This document shows positions 40,433-50,867 of a stretch of 64,000 nt of DNA, one piece after another. This stretch comes from an uncultured Clostridia bacterium. Lineage in GTDB: Bacteria > Bacillota > Clostridia > TANB77 > CAG-508. The stretch's first letter is position 1, and each line of letters begins with the position of its first letter. The notes below the pieces were generated by a model. That model was not told the DNA's origin and searched no databases. It was given only the letters and a program-made list of their open reading frames with translations. The DNA is taken from NCBI GenBank assembly GCA_948777935.1, contig CAQDYY010000001.1, forward strand, positions 404,930-468,929. The letters run 5' to 3'. The translations under genes and the position numbers were made by a program.

Positions 40433-43414
40433 TTATTTTTTTACTTCTTCCATAACATAAACTTCTAATGTATCTAATTCTACTATATCATTATAATTTT
40501 CAATTTGAAGTCCACATTCATATCCAGACGCTACTTCTTTTACATCATCTTTAAATCTCTTTAAAGATACTAGTTTTCCATCATGTATAACAACATTATC
40601 ACGAATTACACGAATTCCTGCATTTCTTGCAATTTTTCCATCTGTTACATAGCATCCTGCAATTGTTCCTACTCCACTTACTTTGAATGTTTGACGTACT
40701 TCTGCTGTTCCTATTACTTTTTCCTCAAATACTGGGTCTAGCATTCCTTTCATGGCAGCTTCGACATCTTCAATTGCTTGATAAATTACAGAATATTGTT
40801 TTATTTCAACTTCTTCTTTTTTAGCTACTTCTTTTGCAATTGGGTCTGGTCTAACATTAAATGCAATAATTATAGCATTTGAAACTTTAGCAAGTGTTAC
40901 ATCAGATTCTGTTACTCCACCAACATTGGCATGAATTACTTTTACTTGCACTTCTTCGTTTGTTAATTTTTCTAAGCTTTGTGTTACAGCTTCAACAGAA
41001 CCTTGTACATCTGCTTTTACAATAATATTTAATTGTTTTAAGTTACCTTTTTCAATTTCACTAAATAAGTCATTTAAAGTTACTCTTGATGTTTGGTTTA
41101 TGCTCTTTTCTCTTGCTTGACGTTTTCTTCTTTCAATTAAGTGTTTTGCAGTTTTTTCATCTTTTACTTCATAGAATGTATCTCCTGCTTCTGGCACTTC
41201 TGTTAGACCTGTTACTTCTACTGGCGTAGATGGTCCTGCTTTTTTTACTTTTTTTCCTTTATCATCTGTCATTGTACGAATTCTACCAATAGCAGAACCT
41301 ACAACAATTGTATCTCCAACATCTAAAGTTCCACGTTGTACAAGCATTGACACAACTGGTCCTCTTGTTTTATCAAGACGAGCCTCAATAACTGTTCCTT
41401 TTGATTGTTTTGTTGGGTTTGCTTTTAGTTCTTTCATATCTGCTACTAATAATACCATTTCTAGTAATGTATCTATGTTAATTCTCTTTTTAGCAGATAT
41501 TTCAACAAATATTGTGTCTCCACCCCATTCTTCTGGAACTAACTCATATTTCATTAATTCTTGTTTTACTTTTTCAGGATTTGCACCTTCTACATCAATT
41601 TTATTAAGAGCAACAACAATTGGAATTTCTGCTGCTTTTGCATGGTTAATTGCTTCAATAGTTTGAGGCATAACCCCATCATTTGCAGCTACTACTAAAA
41701 TTGCAATATCTGTAATTTGTGCTCCTCTAGCACGCATAGATGTAAAAGCTTCATGCCCTGGTGTATCTAAGAAAGTAATTTCTCTATCATTTATGCTAAC
41801 TTTATATGCACCTATATGTTGTGTAATTCCTCCTGCTTCTCCTTCTATTACATTAGTACTTCTAATTGCATCTAATAATGATGTTTTTCCATGGTCTACG
41901 TGTCCCATAACTACTACTACTGGTGGTCTTGGCTTTAATTCATTTTGTGTATCTTCTGTTTCATCAAATAAGATATCTTCTTCTGTTACAGTTTCTTTCT
42001 TAATTGCTGTAATTCCAAATTCTTCTGCAATTAAGAATGCTGTATCAAAATCCACCTCATTATTAATTGTTGCCATAACTCCATAGCCTAATAATTTTTT
42101 AATAACATCTGCTGTAGTTTTTTTCATTTCAGCAGCTAATTCCTTTACTGTTACAGGATCTGGTATAGTTATTTCTGTTAGTTCAAATATTTTTTGTTTT
42201 GTTCTTTCTTCTTGTTTATTTACTCTTTTCTTATTTTTCTTTCCACGTTGTGTTGTTAGGTCATAAAAGTCTAGCATTCCACCATCTTGCTCATCAAACA
42301 TAGAAGATAAACGGTCATGTTGTTTTAAGCTTTTTAATTTATCTTCATTTATTTCATAGTCTCCACCACGTCTTGATTTTGGAGCTTTTTTCATCTTGTT
42401 TTCTTCATAACGGTTTTGTTTTTGTTTATCTATTGATTTATTATATTCTCTTACTACTTCTTTTTCAGCTACATCTGTCATAATGTTTTTAATGTTCTTC
42501 TCAATACCTTTTTCGTCAAGTGGTCTTCTTCCTCCATAGTTATTTTGGTTATTATTACGATATCCACCATTGTTAGGTCTATTTTGATGATATCCTCCAC
42601 CATTTTGATTATTTCTATAATTGTTATTACCATCTCTATTTTGATTAAACCCATTATTACGTGAGCCTTGAAAATTATTGTTATTATTGTCTCTTGACCT
42701 ATAATTATTATTATAGCTATTGCTATTATAACCATTATTTTGATTATGATTACGATATCCATTATTATTTGGGTATCCGTTAGATTTAGGTCTTCTTTGT
42801 TCTTGCATTATGTTACTTTCTTTTTTAATAGTATCCTTCTTTTCTTCAACCTTAGGTTCTTGTTTTACTTCTTCTTTTATTTGTTTTGGCTGTTCTTCCA
42901 GTTTTTCTTCAACTTTTATAACTTCTTCTTTTACAATTTCCTCTTTTATCTCTTCCTTTACTTCTTCCTTTTTAGGTGTTTTTAAGCCAAACAGTTCACT
43001 AACTGTCATTGGCTTTGATGGTTTATTGCGGTATACAATGTTGAAATCTTTGCTAGTATTTCTTTCTACAAAGCCTACTTCTTTTTTCTTTTGCTCCATT
43101 TTTCTCTTTTTTTCTTCTTCTTCCCTTTTTGCAATTTCTTCTTCTGATACAATAACTTCTCTACGAATAATAACTGGTGTGTCTTGTTTTGCCTTCTTTT
43201 CTTTTTTCTCTTGTACCGTCGTTTTGTTTTCTTCTTTCTTTTTCGTTTTAAAACTCTCCTTTATTTTTTTTGCTAATTCTTCTTCTACTGAACTCATATG
43301 ACTTTTAACATCAATTTTCAACTCTTCTGCTCTTTTTATAATTTCTTTACTGGTTAAGTCAAGTTCTTTTGCAATTTCGTGTATTTTTATCTTACCCAAT
43401 AATTTCACCCCCAC
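40433..43414 (-). CDS. infB: translation initiation factor IF-2 with N/G/Y/R-rich low-complexity N-terminal region
   Basis: 993 aa; G-domain [17 protein letters not shown]; N-terminal region contains ~90 aa of NNGYRN/NNNYR-type repeats. Confidence 0.95.
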   Translation of the reverse strand: MGVKLLGKIKIHEIAKELDLTSKEIIKRAEELKIDVKSHMSSVEEELAKKIKESFKTKKKEENKTTVQEKKEKKAKQDTPVIIRREVIVSEEEIAKREEEEKKRKMEQKKKEVGFVERNTSKDFNIVYRNKPSKPMTVSELFGLKTPKKEEVKEEIKEEIVKEEVIKVEEKLEEQPKQIKEEVKQEPKVEEKKDTIKKESNIMQEQRRPKSNGYPNNNGYRNHNQNNGYNSNSYNNNYRSRDNNNNNFQGSRNNGFNQNRDGNNNYRNNQNGGGYHQNRPNNGGYRNNNQNNYGGRRPLDEKGIEKNIKNIMTDVAEKEVVREYNKSIDKQKQNRYEENKMKKAPKSRRGGDYEINEDKLKSLKQHDRLSSMFDEQDGGMLDFYDLTTQRGKKNKKRVNKQEERTKQKIFELTEITIPDPVTVKELAAEMKKTTADVIKKLLGYGVMATINNEVDFDTAFLIAEEFGITAIKKETVTEEDILFDETEDTQNELKPRPPVVVVMGHVDHGKTSLLDAIRSTNVIEGEAGGITQHIGAYKVSINDREITFLDTPGHEAFTSMRARGAQITDIAILVVAANDGVMPQTIEAINHAKAAEIPIVVALNKIDVEGANPEKVKQELMKYELVPEEWGGDTIFVEISAKKRINIDTLLEMVLLVADMKELKANPTKQSKGTVIEARLDKTRGPVVSMLVQRGTLDVGDTIVVGSAIGRIRTMTDDKGKKVKKAGPSTPVEVTGLTEVPEAGDTFYEVKDEKTAKHLIERRKRQAREKSINQTSRVTLNDLFSEIEKGNLKQLNIIVKADVQGSVEAVTQSLEKLTNEEVQVKVIHANVGGVTESDVTLAKVSNAIIIAFNVRPDPIAKEVAKKEEVEIKQYSVIYQAIEDVEAAMKGMLDPVFEEKVIGTAEVRQTFKVSGVGTIAGCYVTDGKIARNAGIRVIRDNVVIHDGKLVSLKRFKDDVKEVASGYECGLQIENYNDIVELDTLEVYVMEEVKK

Positions 43415-43712
43415 TAATTATTTTCTTAATTTCATCCGCAAAATTTTGATTTTTTAATACATATACCGCCTTATTTGGTTTTCCAATTGCATTACTTAGT
43501 GCTTCAATCTCACCATAAATGCATATTGGTATTCCGTTTCTTTTACAAGCTATTTCAAAGTTTTTCTTAGTTCTATCTGATGCATCACTTGCTACTATAA
43601 CTAAACTCACTTTTTTCTTTTCTATTAAATCCATACAAGCGTCAGTTCCAAATACAAGCCCACCTGACTTCATGCATAATCCTAATAGTCCCTCTATTTT
43701 ATGATTTATCAA
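43392..43712 (-). CDS. ylxQ: L7Ae-family ribosomal-protein-like YlxQ
   Basis: 106 aa; L7Ae fold, conserved operon position between ylxR and infB. Confidence 0.8.
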   Translation of the reverse strand: MINHKIEGLLGLCMKSGGLVFGTDACMDLIEKKKVSLVIVASDASDRTKKNFEIACKRNGIPICIYGEIEALSNAIGKPNKAVYVLKNQNFADEIKKIISGGEIIG

Positions 43713-43971
43713 TAATCACACCTCTTAATTTTTCATAAATTGTATTCTCAATTTTCGTTTCAAGAGCTCTTTCAATTCTCTTTGTTTTTACTGCTTTTTC
43801 CAGACATTGTATATTATCACATATGTATGCACCACGTCCTAGCATTTTTCCTGATTTATCAATATTTATCTCACCATTTGGTGATTTAACAATTCGAATT
43901 AAATCCTTTTTATCTTTTTTTCCATTACATCCCATGCAAGTTCTTTGTGGCATTTTTTTCATTTCAAACAC
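43699..43971 (-). CDS. ylxR: YlxR-family RNA-binding protein (DUF448)
   Basis: 90 aa; MPQRTCMGCNGKKDKKDLIRIV signature. Confidence 0.8.
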   Translation of the reverse strand: MFEMKKMPQRTCMGCNGKKDKKDLIRIVKSPNGEINIDKSGKMLGRGAYICDNIQCLEKAVKTKRIERALETKIENTIYEKLRGVIIDKS

Positions 43972-43981
43972 CTCCTAAAAC

Positions 43982-45067
43982 TTACTCTTCTTTTTCCTCT
44001 TGCATACTTGCAAGAGCCTCTCTAAATTGTGATTCTGATTTTATATCTATCTTCCAATTTGTTAATCTTGCTGCTAACCTAGCATTTTGCCCAGATTTTC
44101 CAATTGCTAATGATAATTGATCATCTGGTACAATTACTTGAGCAAATTTTTCTTCTTCTTTTATATCTACTGCTAATACTTGTGCTGGAAGTAATGCTGC
44201 TGCTATATAAATGCTTGGGTCTTCATTCCATTCTATTACATCAATTTTCTCACCATTTAGTTCATTAATAATATTTTGTATACGTACTCCCTTTTGACCT
44301 ACGCATGAACCTACTGGGTCTATATTAGGGTTTGTTGAATATACTGCTACTTTGCTTCTATAACCTGGATCTCTTGAAACACTTTTTATTTCTATTAATC
44401 CTTCATATATTTCTGGTATTTCAAATTCGAACAACCTTCTAACAAATTCTGGGCAAGCACGTGAAACTATAACTTGAGGATTTCCTTTAAGCCCTTTTAC
44501 TACATCTTGTACATATCCTCTTATTTTATCATTTACACGATATTTCTCTGTTGGTATTTGCTCTTTTGCTGGCATAACTCCTTCTAGTTTTCCAAGATCC
44601 ATAACAACAATGTTTGAATCTGCTTTTTGAATAATTCCAGAAACTATTTCACCTTTTCTTTCGTTAAATTCTGTATATACAATATCTCTTTGCGCTTCTC
44701 TTAGTTTTTGAATAATAACTTGTTTTGCTGTTTGTGCTGCAATTCTACCAAAATCTTTTGGCACCATTTCTATATCTACAGTATCTCCAATTTCTAGTTT
44801 TTTGCTTATTTTCTTTGCATTTTCAAGGTTTATTTGTAGTTTATCATCTTCTGCTATTTCTACTACTTCTTTTATTGCATATAAATGTGCTTCACCTGTT
44901 TCTTTATCCATAACAACTTTTACGTTTTCTGCTGAATCAAAGTTTCTTTTATATGCTGTTAATAATGCTTGCTCAATCGCTTCAATTAAGTACGCTTTTT
45001 TAATTCCTTTCTCTGTTTCAAGTTCTTCTAGTGCTAATATTAGTTCTTTGTTATCAATTGCTTTCAT
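43982..45067 (-). CDS. nusA: transcription termination/antitermination factor NusA
   Basis: 361 aa; S1 and KH domains (GxxG motifs), operon position. Confidence 0.9.
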   Translation of the reverse strand: MKAIDNKELILALEELETEKGIKKAYLIEAIEQALLTAYKRNFDSAENVKVVMDKETGEAHLYAIKEVVEIAEDDKLQINLENAKKISKKLEIGDTVDIEMVPKDFGRIAAQTAKQVIIQKLREAQRDIVYTEFNERKGEIVSGIIQKADSNIVVMDLGKLEGVMPAKEQIPTEKYRVNDKIRGYVQDVVKGLKGNPQVIVSRACPEFVRRLFEFEIPEIYEGLIEIKSVSRDPGYRSKVAVYSTNPNIDPVGSCVGQKGVRIQNIINELNGEKIDVIEWNEDPSIYIAAALLPAQVLAVDIKEEEKFAQVIVPDDQLSLAIGKSGQNARLAARLTNWKIDIKSESQFREALASMQEEKEE

Positions 45068-45109
45068 TTTCCTTTTTCCTCCCTTTATATTTATTTGTAA
45101 TTGTATTTT

Positions 45110-45166
45110 AAGAACCCCCAGTCAGCTTCGCTGACAGCCCCCTTAGGTAAAGGGGCCTTTACTCTA
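45110..45166 (+). repeat. Family-2 GC-rich hairpin element (AACCCCCAGTCAGCTTCGCTGACAGCCCCCTTAGGTAAAGGGGCC..), copy a
   Basis: Copies: 58899-58955(+), 49719-49773(-); variant form 49786-49897(+), 58990-59048(-); first hairpin stem differs between copies but stays paired. Confidence 0.65.
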
Positions 45167-45179
45167 CTATTTTTAAATA

Positions 45180-45638
45180 TCAATCCCAATTATATTTTAG
45201 TTTCATTAATGATATATTTTTTCTTTCTATTGTAATTTCATCATTTTCATACATCATTGTAATAGAAGATTCATCATATCCTGTTAATATGCCATCTAAA
45301 GTTTTTTTCTTATTTATTGGTTTAAATAAGTTTACTTCTATTTCTTCTCCCAAGCTCAAATCAAAATGCCTATCTTTTTTAAGTATTCTCTCAATTCCTG
45401 GAGATGATACCTCTAAAAAGTATTGTTCTTTAATGTAATCTGCTTCATCTAGTAAATCCATAATGCCATCATTTACTTTTTCACAGTCGTTTAAATCGAT
45501 ACCTTTTTCATTATCAATAAAAATACGTAAAAAATAATTTTTTCCCTCTTTTGCATATTCTACATCATACAGTTCGTAGCCCAATTCTTCAATTCTACCT
45601 TTCAAAAGAGTTTCCACTTTTTCTTCAATACTTGCCAA
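45180..45638 (-). CDS. rimP: ribosome maturation factor RimP
   Basis: 152 aa; RimP/YlxS family, first gene of nusA-infB operon; AAGGAGG RBS. Confidence 0.85.
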   Translation of the reverse strand: MASIEEKVETLLKGRIEELGYELYDVEYAKEGKNYFLRIFIDNEKGIDLNDCEKVNDGIMDLLDEADYIKEQYFLEVSSPGIERILKKDRHFDLSLGEEIEVNLFKPINKKKTLDGILTGYDESSITMMYENDEITIERKNISLMKLKYNWD

Positions 45639-45881
45639 ATGATAAATCCTCCTTAAAATTAACTTAAAGAGTGGGATTTACTCCCACTCTTTAAGTTTTT
45701 CATATTTGCATACCTATTATATCCTCATTTACTCAAAAAATCAAGCTTTTTTGAAATATTTTTGAGATTTTCATGACAGTGCAAAAAATAACCTTAGTTT
45801 AATTTCTCAATCTAAGATTATTTTCAACTTATCAAATTTATAATATCTATATTTATCCCCTACATAAATAGAGTATAATTT

Positions 45882-47159
45882 TTAATTTTTTAGTGCTGTA
45901 ATGGGTACTACAAATACTCCATCTGGTCTTTTATATACTGCATTTGATAGTCCACATATTACACATAAAACTGACGGTGCTTTGCCATTTTCTTTTTCAA
46001 TCGATTCCTTTATACTAGTTAAATTATTTGCTGCTTTTTCAATTTGATTTGCTCCTAATTTTATTTCAAAAGCGCACCAATCTCCATTTTCTAACTCTAT
46101 AATAGAATCAATTTCTCTATTTTGATAATCTTGATAATGATAGCATTTCGCATTAAAAGCACTTGCATATATTTTTAAATCTCTTTCAACCATTGCTTCA
46201 AATAATAATCCAAAAGTCTCTAAATCATTAATTAACTTTTCTTCTGTTAAATTTAGTAAAGCACATGAAATAGATGGGTCTGCAAAATGCCTTTTTTCTG
46301 ATTGTTTTACTCTTATAGAAGAACGTATATTTAGTGAAAATGGTTCATCATTATCTAATAAATATAATTTGTCTAATGCGTTTAAATATGATGCAACTGT
46401 ATCTATATCTATATCTTCATTATCAATTTCTTTAATGTCTCTTTTTACTGTCATATTTGACACTGTTGTACTTTCATTTCTTGCAAGTGATTTTAGTAAT
46501 AATTTCATCTTATGCTTATCTCTATTTATTTTATCTAATCTATATAAATCATCAGTTATAATTAAATCAATATATTCTTTTATAATTTCGCTAGAATCTT
46601 TAGGTGAATAGTCTAAATTACCTGGCCATCCTCCTCTAATTATTAATCTAGCAATATTCCTTAAGTCAACTTCACCTGTTAACTTTTGTTCAATTTTTCC
46701 TTTACATAAGTTTTCTAATGAAATATCTCCTGTCGAATCACCAGATTCAAACAAACTCATAGTTCTTAAATAAATCTTTCCATATCTTCCTGCTCCGCTA
46801 TGTGCTATTCCGCTTCTATTGGGTGTAGAAGATCCAGTTAAAATATATTGGCCTTTTAATCCCGTTTTATCTACATCTGCTCTAATTTCATCCCATAAAT
46901 TTGTAGCTTCCTGCCATTCATCAATTAATTTAGGTTTTTCTCCTTCCAAAATTAACGATGGAGACATTTTTGCTAGTTCTACATTATTAGATTGTTCTCC
47001 AGTAGTATTGTGTAATAATACTTCACTTTTAGAATGATAACGACCAGCCCATGTTTTGCCACAATATTTTGGACCTTCTATACAAACTGCACCAAATAGT
47101 TTTAAATAGTGTTCTATTTTGTCATCTAGAATTCTTCTTTTATAATTAGTTATATCCAT
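45882..47159 (-). CDS. AAA+ ATPase with DUF4143 (AAA_14 family)
   Basis: 425 aa; Walker A GPKYCGKT; C-terminal DUF4143-like region. Confidence 0.7.
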   Translation of the reverse strand: MDITNYKRRILDDKIEHYLKLFGAVCIEGPKYCGKTWAGRYHSKSEVLLHNTTGEQSNNVELAKMSPSLILEGEKPKLIDEWQEATNLWDEIRADVDKTGLKGQYILTGSSTPNRSGIAHSGAGRYGKIYLRTMSLFESGDSTGDISLENLCKGKIEQKLTGEVDLRNIARLIIRGGWPGNLDYSPKDSSEIIKEYIDLIITDDLYRLDKINRDKHKMKLLLKSLARNESTTVSNMTVKRDIKEIDNEDIDIDTVASYLNALDKLYLLDNDEPFSLNIRSSIRVKQSEKRHFADPSISCALLNLTEEKLINDLETFGLLFEAMVERDLKIYASAFNAKCYHYQDYQNREIDSIIELENGDWCAFEIKLGANQIEKAANNLTSIKESIEKENGKAPSVLCVICGLSNAVYKRPDGVFVVPITALKN

Positions 47160-47220
47160 AGCTCGAATCTCCTTATAAATAATATACCCTCATTTGTTAT
47201 TTATAATTTAATTTTATACT

Positions 47221-47305
47221 ATTCCGTTATTTTTGTCAATTTTATTCCGTGATTTTTATCAATTTCATTCCGTGGCTTTTGTCGATTATTTTATTCCAAA
47301 TATTC
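47221..47305 (+). promoter_or_regulatory. 3.5 tandem imperfect 23-26 bp repeats (ATTCCGTNNTTTTTRTCRATTTT) overlapping predicted promoter of the AAA-ATPase gene
   Basis: attccgttatttttgtcaatttt / attccgtgatttttatcaatttc / attccgtggcttttgtcgattatttt / attccaaat; minus-strand TTGACA-N17-TAAAAT overlaps first unit. Confidence 0.5.
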
Positions 47306-47912
47306 TATCTCCTGCATCTCCAAGCCCTGGTACAATATATCCAATATCGTTTAAGTAATCATCTATACTTGCACAATATATTTGTACATCTGGATATGCT
47401 TCTTCTACTTTTTTTATTCCCTCTGGTGCTGCGATTAAACATAAAAATTTAATCTTTTTAACTCCATCTTCTTTCATCATTTTTATAGCATCCATTGCAG
47501 AACCACCTGTTGCAAGCATTGGGTCTACTAAAATTACTTCCCTATCTTTAATATCTTTAGGTACTTTATAATAATATCTTACTGGTTCTAATGTTTCTTC
47601 GTTTCTGTATAAACCTATAACTCCAATTTTTGCATTTGGTATAATTTTAGTAATTCCATTTGACATACCAAGTCCTGCTCTTAAAATTGGTACAAATGTG
47701 TATCTATCTTCATCTACTTTTTTTGCCATTGTTTTTCCAATTGGTGTTTCAACTTCTACATCGTCTGTTACGGCATCTCTCATTGCTTCATAACATAATA
47801 GCATTGCTATTTCTTCTGCTAATTCTCTAAATTCTTTTGTTCCCGTTTTTTTATCTCTTAAAATTGCTACTTTATGCTTTATTAATGGATGATTTACTTC
47901 AATAGCTTTCAT
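47286..47912 (-). CDS. upp: uracil phosphoribosyltransferase
   Basis: 208 aa; PRTase motif [12 protein letters not shown], uracil-binding GIGLYRN region. Confidence 0.9.
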   Translation of the reverse strand: MKAIEVNHPLIKHKVAILRDKKTGTKEFRELAEEIAMLLCYEAMRDAVTDDVEVETPIGKTMAKKVDEDRYTFVPILRAGLGMSNGITKIIPNAKIGVIGLYRNEETLEPVRYYYKVPKDIKDREVILVDPMLATGGSAMDAIKMMKEDGVKKIKFLCLIAAPEGIKKVEEAYPDVQIYCASIDDYLNDIGYIVPGLGDAGDRIFGIK

Positions 47913-47940
47913 TTTCTTCCTCCTTGTACATATATATTTT

Positions 47941-49347
47941 CTATGCTTTTACTTCTTCTTTTTTTGTTTCTTTTTCTTCTTTTGGCATATTGTTATTTTC
48001 ATCTTTTTCATCTGGTATGATAAAGTTTAATATAATTCCTGCTATAGCTGCAAGACTCATTCCAGAAATTGATACAGCTATTCCATTTCCTGTAGAAATT
48101 GAGAATGCAGCTCCGCCAAGTCCAAGAACTAACATTGCAGAAGCAACTATTATGTTTTTATTTTTGCTAAAGTCTACTTTATTTTGAATTAGAACTTTTA
48201 ATCCATTAACTGCAATAAATCCATATAATAGAAGTGAAACTCCTCCAAGTACTGGGTTTGGTATTGTTTGAACAAGTGCTGTGAATTTTCCAAAAAAGCC
48301 TAAACATATAGCTATAATTGCTGCTAACCCTATTACCCAAACTGAAGCTATTTTTGTCATTCCAACTACTGAAGTGTTTTCTCCATAAGTTGTGTTTGAA
48401 GGTCCTCCTAAAAAACCTGCGACAAATGTTGCTATTCCATCTCCCATAAGTGTATTTTCAAGCCCTGGATCTTTTAATAAGTCTTTTCCTATAATTGTTG
48501 AAAGTGCTTTGTGATCTCCTATATGTTCAGCCATTGTAACTAACGCAATTGGTGCCATTGTTAAAGCAATTCCTAAATTTGGTGTATAATTTACAAATGG
48601 AACATAGAAATTTGGAAGTTGAACCCAAGCTGCATCAGCTATTACTGTGAAATCTACTAGTCCTAAAACACAAGCTGAAATATATCCTGCAATAATTCCA
48701 ACTAAAAATGGAATTATTTTTATAAATCCTTTTGCCCTTGTCATAATTAGTGATGTAACTAAAAATGTAATAAGTGCAACAACTGGTCCTTTCCATTCTA
48801 TACCAGATACTATTTCTCCTCCTACTGAAACAGTAGTATCAAAAATATTTCCAACTGCAGATGTTGCAAGTCCTAAACCTATTATCATAATCATTGGTCC
48901 TATTACTATTGGTGGTAATAGTTTATCTATCCATTTTTTACCAACAAATCTTACTATAAGTGAAACTATGAAATATACTATACCTACTACCATTACCCCT
49001 GTCATAGCTCCAGCAATTCCGTTACTAACTCCTCCACCATTACTAGCTCCAGCAATATATGCTGCTATAATTGGTGAAATAAATGCAAATGAGCTTCCTA
49101 AGAAAACTGGTGATTTTGCTTTTGTACAAGCTATGTAAATAAGTGTTCCTATACCAGCTGTTACAAGAGCTACTGCAATTGAAAGTGCTTGTCCTTCCAC
49201 ACCAGCTGCAGCAATTCCACTATTTACTAAAATTGGTACTAAGATTGTTGCACCAAACATTGCAAATACATGTTGAAATGCAAGTATTATCCATTTTAGT
49301 ATACTTGGCTTTTCATTTACGTCTAAAACTAATTTTGTTTCATTCAT
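47941..49347 (-). CDS. pyrP: uracil/xanthine permease (NCS2 family)
   Basis: ~468 aa from MNETKLVLD with AGGAGG RBS; 12-14 TM, NCS2 signature; upstream of upp. Confidence 0.8.
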   Translation of the reverse strand: MNETKLVLDVNEKPSILKWIILAFQHVFAMFGATILVPILVNSGIAAAGVEGQALSIAVALVTAGIGTLIYIACTKAKSPVFLGSSFAFISPIIAAYIAGASNGGGVSNGIAGAMTGVMVVGIVYFIVSLIVRFVGKKWIDKLLPPIVIGPMIMIIGLGLATSAVGNIFDTTVSVGGEIVSGIEWKGPVVALITFLVTSLIMTRAKGFIKIIPFLVGIIAGYISACVLGLVDFTVIADAAWVQLPNFYVPFVNYTPNLGIALTMAPIALVTMAEHIGDHKALSTIIGKDLLKDPGLENTLMGDGIATFVAGFLGGPSNTTYGENTSVVGMTKIASVWVIGLAAIIAICLGFFGKFTALVQTIPNPVLGGVSLLLYGFIAVNGLKVLIQNKVDFSKNKNIIVASAMLVLGLGGAAFSISTGNGIAVSISGMSLAAIAGIILNFIIPDEKDENNNMPKEEKETKKEEVKA

Positions 49348-49388
49348 TTTTATTCCTCCTAATATTTTCTTTTTGGGTTGTGTAAAGT

Positions 49389-49443
49389 AAAAGGGCACAG
49401 TGGTGTCATGTCTAACTGGTATTCCCACAAACGATGCCCCTAC
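49389..49443 (-). repeat. Family-1 element copy C (5' UTR region of uracil permease)
   Basis: GTAGGGGCATCGTTTGTGGGAATACCAGTTAGACATGACACCACTGTGCCCTTTT on minus strand. Confidence 0.6.
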
Positions 49444-49718
49444 ATATAATCTTTCTACACCATAAAAAATCACTAAAACCATATGTTTTAGTGATTAATT
49501 TATATATTGTAAAAGAATTGTAGCAAATGCAAAAACTAGCAAAGTAACTTTGCTTATTACTGTTTTAGTAGAGTTTACATTTTCTACAAAATTTCTCATT
49601 TTTTACACCCTAAAAGATAGTACTACAATTTCCATAAAAGTTCAAGTACTTTTTTGTAATTTTTTAAGATTTTTATAATACTATTCATACTTCTTTTATA
49701 AGAACTTACGAAGCTTTG

Positions 49719-49897
49719 CAAGAGAGCCCCTTTAATAAGGGGGCTGGCGCCGATAGGCGACTGGGGGTTCTTAAAAAACATTTAGAAGAACCCTCCGTCA
49801 GTGCTTCGCACTGCCAGCCACTGCATAAGATATCTGTAATGCTCACTAGCGTTCGCTAACAGCTATCTTAACCTCCCTTGTTAAAGGAGGTTTCTTG
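49719..49897 (+). repeat. ~180-bp imperfect palindrome formed by two Family-2 units head-to-head (MITE-like, ~26-bp terminal inverted repeats CAAGARASCYCCTTTAAYAAGGGRG)
   Basis: Unit 49719-49773 (minus orientation) and unit 49786-49897 (plus orientation, with ~50-bp insert); outer ends are reverse complements of each other. Confidence 0.6.
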
Positions 49898-49947
49898 TAT
49901 GCCTTCGCAGATATTCTTATTTGCTATAGTCTGAACAGTAACATATT

Positions 49948-50847
49948 TTATATCCCTCTAAAATCAAACTCTGGCACATACTCTTCTTCATGTTCTCCTA
50001 ATTCTTGTATATACCCATTTTTTAGGTTTAAAGAATATAAATATTGTTCTATTTGTTTATATTCTTTTTTATTTAGTTTCCTATTTATCAGCTCATCTTC
50101 TTTTGCTTTATATGTAGGAAAATATTGTGCCATAACACTTACATATATATCCTCAGGCATATTTTCTTTTATCCATTTTAAAATATGTTTTGTATTTAAT
50201 ATATGATTTGGCAATACTAAATGACGTATAATAACTCCTTTTTGAATAATCCCATCTTTATTAAAAACAGCTCCTCCTACTTGTTTATACATCTCCTTTA
50301 TAGCACTTGTTGCAATTTCAAAATAGTTATCTATTCCAGAATATTTTTTTGCAGTGTAATTACTATAATACTTTAAATCCGGTAAATATATATCTATATA
50401 TCCATTTAAGAGCTCAATAGTTTCTTTCTTTTCATATCCATTTGTATTATATACAATTGGAATATTTAATCCATTTTTCTTTGCAATATCAAGCGCTTCT
50501 ATAATTTGATATACATATGAAGTAGGTGTAACAAGATTAATGTTATTAGCACCTCTTTGTTGCTGTTTTAAAAATATTTCTGCTAAATGCTCTACTGTAA
50601 TCTCTTTTCCTTTTTGATATTGGCTTATTTCGTAGTTTTGGCAATACTTACATTCTAAATTGCAATTTGTAAAAAATACAGTACCAGAGCCATTTTTTCC
50701 ACTAATACATGGCTCTTCAAAATAATGTAAAGATGCTAATGCAATTAATAGCCTATTCTCTGAATTACATCTTCCCTTGTTTCCTTTTAATCTATTTACT
50801 CCACAATTATGTGGGCATAATGTACATTTACTTAAATTTTCTACCAT
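49948..50847 (-). CDS. radical SAM protein (glycyl-radical-enzyme activase-like)
   Basis: 299 aa; CNLECKYC (Cx3Cx2C) cluster plus N-terminal CTLCPHNCG cysteine motif. Confidence 0.65.
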   Translation of the reverse strand: MVENLSKCTLCPHNCGVNRLKGNKGRCNSENRLLIALASLHYFEEPCISGKNGSGTVFFTNCNLECKYCQNYEISQYQKGKEITVEHLAEIFLKQQQRGANNINLVTPTSYVYQIIEALDIAKKNGLNIPIVYNTNGYEKKETIELLNGYIDIYLPDLKYYSNYTAKKYSGIDNYFEIATSAIKEMYKQVGGAVFNKDGIIQKGVIIRHLVLPNHILNTKHILKWIKENMPEDIYVSVMAQYFPTYKAKEDELINRKLNKKEYKQIEQYLYSLNLKNGYIQELGEHEEEYVPEFDFRGI

Positions 50848-50867
50848 AATTTTTCCTCTATTTTTTA

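Noticed and set aside
49347-49482. N-terminal 45-aa extension of the uracil permease ORF.
   Set aside because: The extension runs through the Family-1 GC-rich element and lacks an RBS. The MNETKL start has a perfect AGGAGG RBS.
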